This document shows, piece after piece, positions 33,747-35,603 of a DNA stretch of 35,603 nucleotides. This DNA is from Desulfuromonadales bacterium (GTDB lineage Bacteria; Desulfobacterota; Desulfuromonadia; Desulfuromonadales; UBA2294), in NCBI GenBank assembly GCA_014859615.1, contig JACUTX010000002.1, forward strand, positions 1 through 35,603, given 5' to 3'. The notes below the pieces were generated by a model that did not search any database, had not been told where the DNA came from, and saw nothing but the letters and a program-made list of their open reading frames with translations. Position numbers and translations under genes: made by a program. Position 1 is the stretch's first letter, and every line of letters begins with the position of its first letter.

Positions 33747-34190
33747 ATGATCAACGAAACCGGAATTATCATTGAACTCAAGACGGTCGATGTCGCGTTG
33801 GTTCTCTGCCAGAAAAACAGCGCCTGTGCTCACTGCTCGGCTGAAAAAATCTGTCACTCCAACACGGGGAGTCAGTCACGTAAAGTTGAGGTCTATAACC
33901 CTGATGGGGCGCAGGTAGGAGACCAGGTCAGACTCTCGGTGACCACCCGATCTTTTCTCTATTCATCGTTTCTTCTCTACATCGTGCCGCTGATTGTACT
34001 GATCATCGGCGCTGTGATCGGCAAAGAAATCGCACCGTTATTTGAAATCGGTCTTGACGTCAACACATTATCAGCCATAATGGGGACCGGTTTGATGGGG
34101 TTATCGTTTTTCGGGATCCGAATCGCCACCAGGCTGATGAACAAAAAAAAATATATGCCGCAGATCACCGCGGTTATTCGTGGGGAATAA
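33747..34190 (+). CDS. RseC/MucC-family (SoxR-reducing system) membrane protein
   Basis: N-terminal Cys-rich soluble part ([18 protein letters not shown]) followed by two hydrophobic helices. This architecture is typical of RseC/MucC. Confidence 0.72.
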   Translation: MINETGIIIELKTVDVALVLCQKNSACAHCSAEKICHSNTGSQSRKVEVYNPDGAQVGDQVRLSVTTRSFLYSSFLLYIVPLIVLIIGAVIGKEIAPLFEIGLDVNTLSAIMGTGLMGLSFFGIRIATRLMNKKKYMPQITAVIRGE

Positions 34191-34666
34191 TGGCAGCAGA
34201 AGTAAAAAAAACCGGAACCAAACTGATTGCCAGCAACAAGAAGGCGTATCACGACTATTTTATCGATGCGGTGTATGAAGCCGGTATGGTTCTCACCGGA
34301 ACCGAGATCAAGTCGATCCGGCTCGGCAATGTCAATATCAAGGAGTCGTACTGCCGGATCCGGCATGGCGAAGTCTTTGTCGACGGCATGAATATCAGCC
34401 AGTATGAATTCGGTAATCGGGAAAATGTTGAATCGCTGCGGGCGCGCAAGCTGCTGCTGCATCGCAGTGAGATCGACAAATTGAGCAAAAAGATCGACGA
34501 AAAGGGGTTTTCTCTGGTGCCGACCCGGATCTATCTAAAAGATGGCAAAGCCAAACTGGAGATCGGTCTGGCGCGCGGCAAGAAGCAGTATGACAAGCGT
34601 GAAACCTTGAAGCAGAAGCAGGCTGAGCGTGAATCGCAGCGGGACATGCGCGCCTTCAACCGATGA
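34190..34666 (+). CDS. smpB: SsrA-binding protein
   Basis: Canonical SmpB: [55 protein letters not shown] overlap with the upstream gene. Confidence 0.95.
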   Translation: MAAEVKKTGTKLIASNKKAYHDYFIDAVYEAGMVLTGTEIKSIRLGNVNIKESYCRIRHGEVFVDGMNISQYEFGNRENVESLRARKLLLHRSEIDKLSKKIDEKGFSLVPTRIYLKDGKAKLEIGLARGKKQYDKRETLKQKQAERESQRDMRAFNR

Positions 34667-34724
34667 GAGTGTCGTAAAGATAGTTTATCTCTGCGACTGT
34701 TTTCGAAAGAAATAAAGACTGGGC

Positions 34725-34753
34725 TTGGCAAAAGGTGCAATCAGTGCGATAAT
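34725..34753 (+). promoter_or_regulatory. Candidate sigma-70 promoter of ssrA
   Basis: TTGGCA (34725-34730), 17-nt spacer, GATAAT (34748-34753). It is about 55 nt upstream of the mature tmRNA 5' end, consistent with a processed precursor. Confidence 0.4.
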
Positions 34754-34809
34754 GCAACTGTGCCGATAAAACAGTCTGTTACGGCACAGAATTTAAACCA
34801 GTAACTTAT

Positions 34810-35166
34810 GGGGGTGTACAGGTTTCGACGGGGATTGAAAGCGCAAGTTGCATGCCGGAGTGGGCAGGCTCCGTAAAAAAGCCCAACTACGTATAAACGC
34901 CAACAACAACGACGTTCAATACGCACTTGCAGCTTAATTAAGCTGTAACGTCTCTTCTTCTATCGCCCATGTAGGCTAAGAGACGTAAATCAGTGGGCTA
35001 GTCGCGGCGAGTGTCCGTGGCGTTGCGGCGAATCCAAAGCGGACTCGCCCGCTGCGAATCCTGTTCGTGGGAGTCGTATCGGGTCAACTTAAAACACGAA
35101 CTACGCATGTAGACGCTTGACGTGGCAGATTTTCGGACGCGGGTTCAATTCCCGCCACCTCCACCA
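34810..35166 (+). ncRNA. ssrA: Transfer-messenger RNA (tmRNA)
   Basis: 5' GGGGGTGTACAGGTTTCGACGGGG pairs with 3' CACCTCC-ACCA, giving a 7-bp acceptor stem with a G3:U wobble. T-arm GCGGGTTCAATTCCCGC. Tag reading frame 34899-34937 GCC AAC AAC AAC GAC GTT CAA TAC GCA CTT GCA GCT TAA encodes ANNNDVQYALAA. Strong colinear similarity to E. coli ssrA. Confidence 0.93.
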
Positions 35167-35179
35167 TTAACAATAGACA

Positions 35180-35227
35180 AACCCGTCTCTCTGGGGTCAT
35201 TCTCCTTAGGTGACGGGTTTTCTTTTT
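35180..35227 (+). terminator. Probable terminator after ssrA
   Basis: AACCCGTC (35180-35187) pairs with GACGGGTT (35212-35219) and is followed by TTCTTTTT. The loop is long (24 nt), hence moderate confidence. Confidence 0.5.
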
Positions 35228-35603
35228 CCCCTTGTTTCTAAAGGGTTTGCGCCCGTTTCACATCTTTCCAAAGCACCTCTCCGCTCCATCGATTCTCCCC
35301 ATCTTCCCGCCTTTCTTTCTCTGTTTGGCCCCTGATTCTCTGGCATCGAAGGACCAAGTCCGAAGCTCGTCCGGAAAGCTACATCCTTGATTGATATGGG
35401 TTTGCGGCTGGTTGCCGTTTTGGGCGGTTGTCTTAGGTCATCGCTCGATGCCGCAACCGGACGTTTTTTTCGAAATCACCCGCCTCAGCCATGAAAAGAA
35501 GCGTGGTCAACTCCGGCTTCCTGTCTCAGCCAAAAGAAAAGCCAACCTTGCTCAAGGGCAACAAGCCGCTCTGCCTGCGCATCCACCGCCAGCACCGGGT
35601 GGT

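Noticed and set aside
1-35603. CRISPR arrays, IS elements, transposases, toxin-antitoxin pairs or recognisable defence systems
   Set aside because: I found no regularly spaced direct repeats, no terminal inverted repeats flanking a transposase-like ORF and no Cas-like or restriction-like proteins. The only mobility hint is the unresolved ORF at the extreme 3' end, reported as a low-confidence finding.

Overview
The window looks like chromosomal DNA from a Desulfuromonadales/Geobacter-like deltaproteobacterium, judged from protein content, the tmRNA and sigma-54 usage. There is no rRNA or tRNA here to confirm this. One gene is on the minus strand: nrdJ (class II B12-dependent ribonucleotide reductase), with tandem NrdR boxes and a clean terminator. 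Everything from 2993 to the end is on the plus strand, and many junctions overlap by 1-19 nt.

Gene order: a GAF-GGDEF diguanylate cyclase is translationally coupled to an NtrC-type sigma-54 activator. A near-consensus -24/-12 promoter follows at 5506-5521. Behind it is a roughly 13 kb run of tightly packed genes (5606-18646) for cell-envelope, redox and sulfur/selenium-handling proteins. This run encodes:
- an EB_dh-like heme-domain protein
- seven predicted lipoproteins in total, including a HEAT-repeat protein, an orphan PhnD-like binding protein and one of the two NosD-like beta-helix proteins below
- a NapH-like membrane polyferredoxin
- two tandem NosD-like beta-helix paralogs
- a TPR-like anchored protein
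- a YedE-family transporter
- a RiPP-type cassette: PqqD-family protein, radical SAM/SPASM enzyme and a SPASM paralog that has lost its SAM cluster
- a class V cysteine desulfurase

The most interesting item is an ORF absent from the supplied track (which lists nothing under 60 aa). It encodes 18 aa (MKKYQKPMVVGSANVHPC, 16102-16158) and sits between the radical SAM gene and its degenerate paralog. It has the strongest Shine-Dalgarno I noticed in the window and is followed by a GC-rich hairpin, so it is a candidate precursor peptide for an uncharacterised maturation system.

The rest is housekeeping: PIN-PhoH, tsaD, DUF2062, rsmA, a parvulin PPIase, a 1590-aa NAD-glutamate dehydrogenase, a flavin reductase, panB-panC plus a PLP-dependent decarboxylase (apparently standing in for panD) behind a long structured leader, an amidohydrolase, an RseC-like protein, smpB and ssrA (tmRNA). 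The last 370 nt downstream of ssrA are compositionally odd and may begin an integrated element. I saw no CRISPR array, IS element or transposase.
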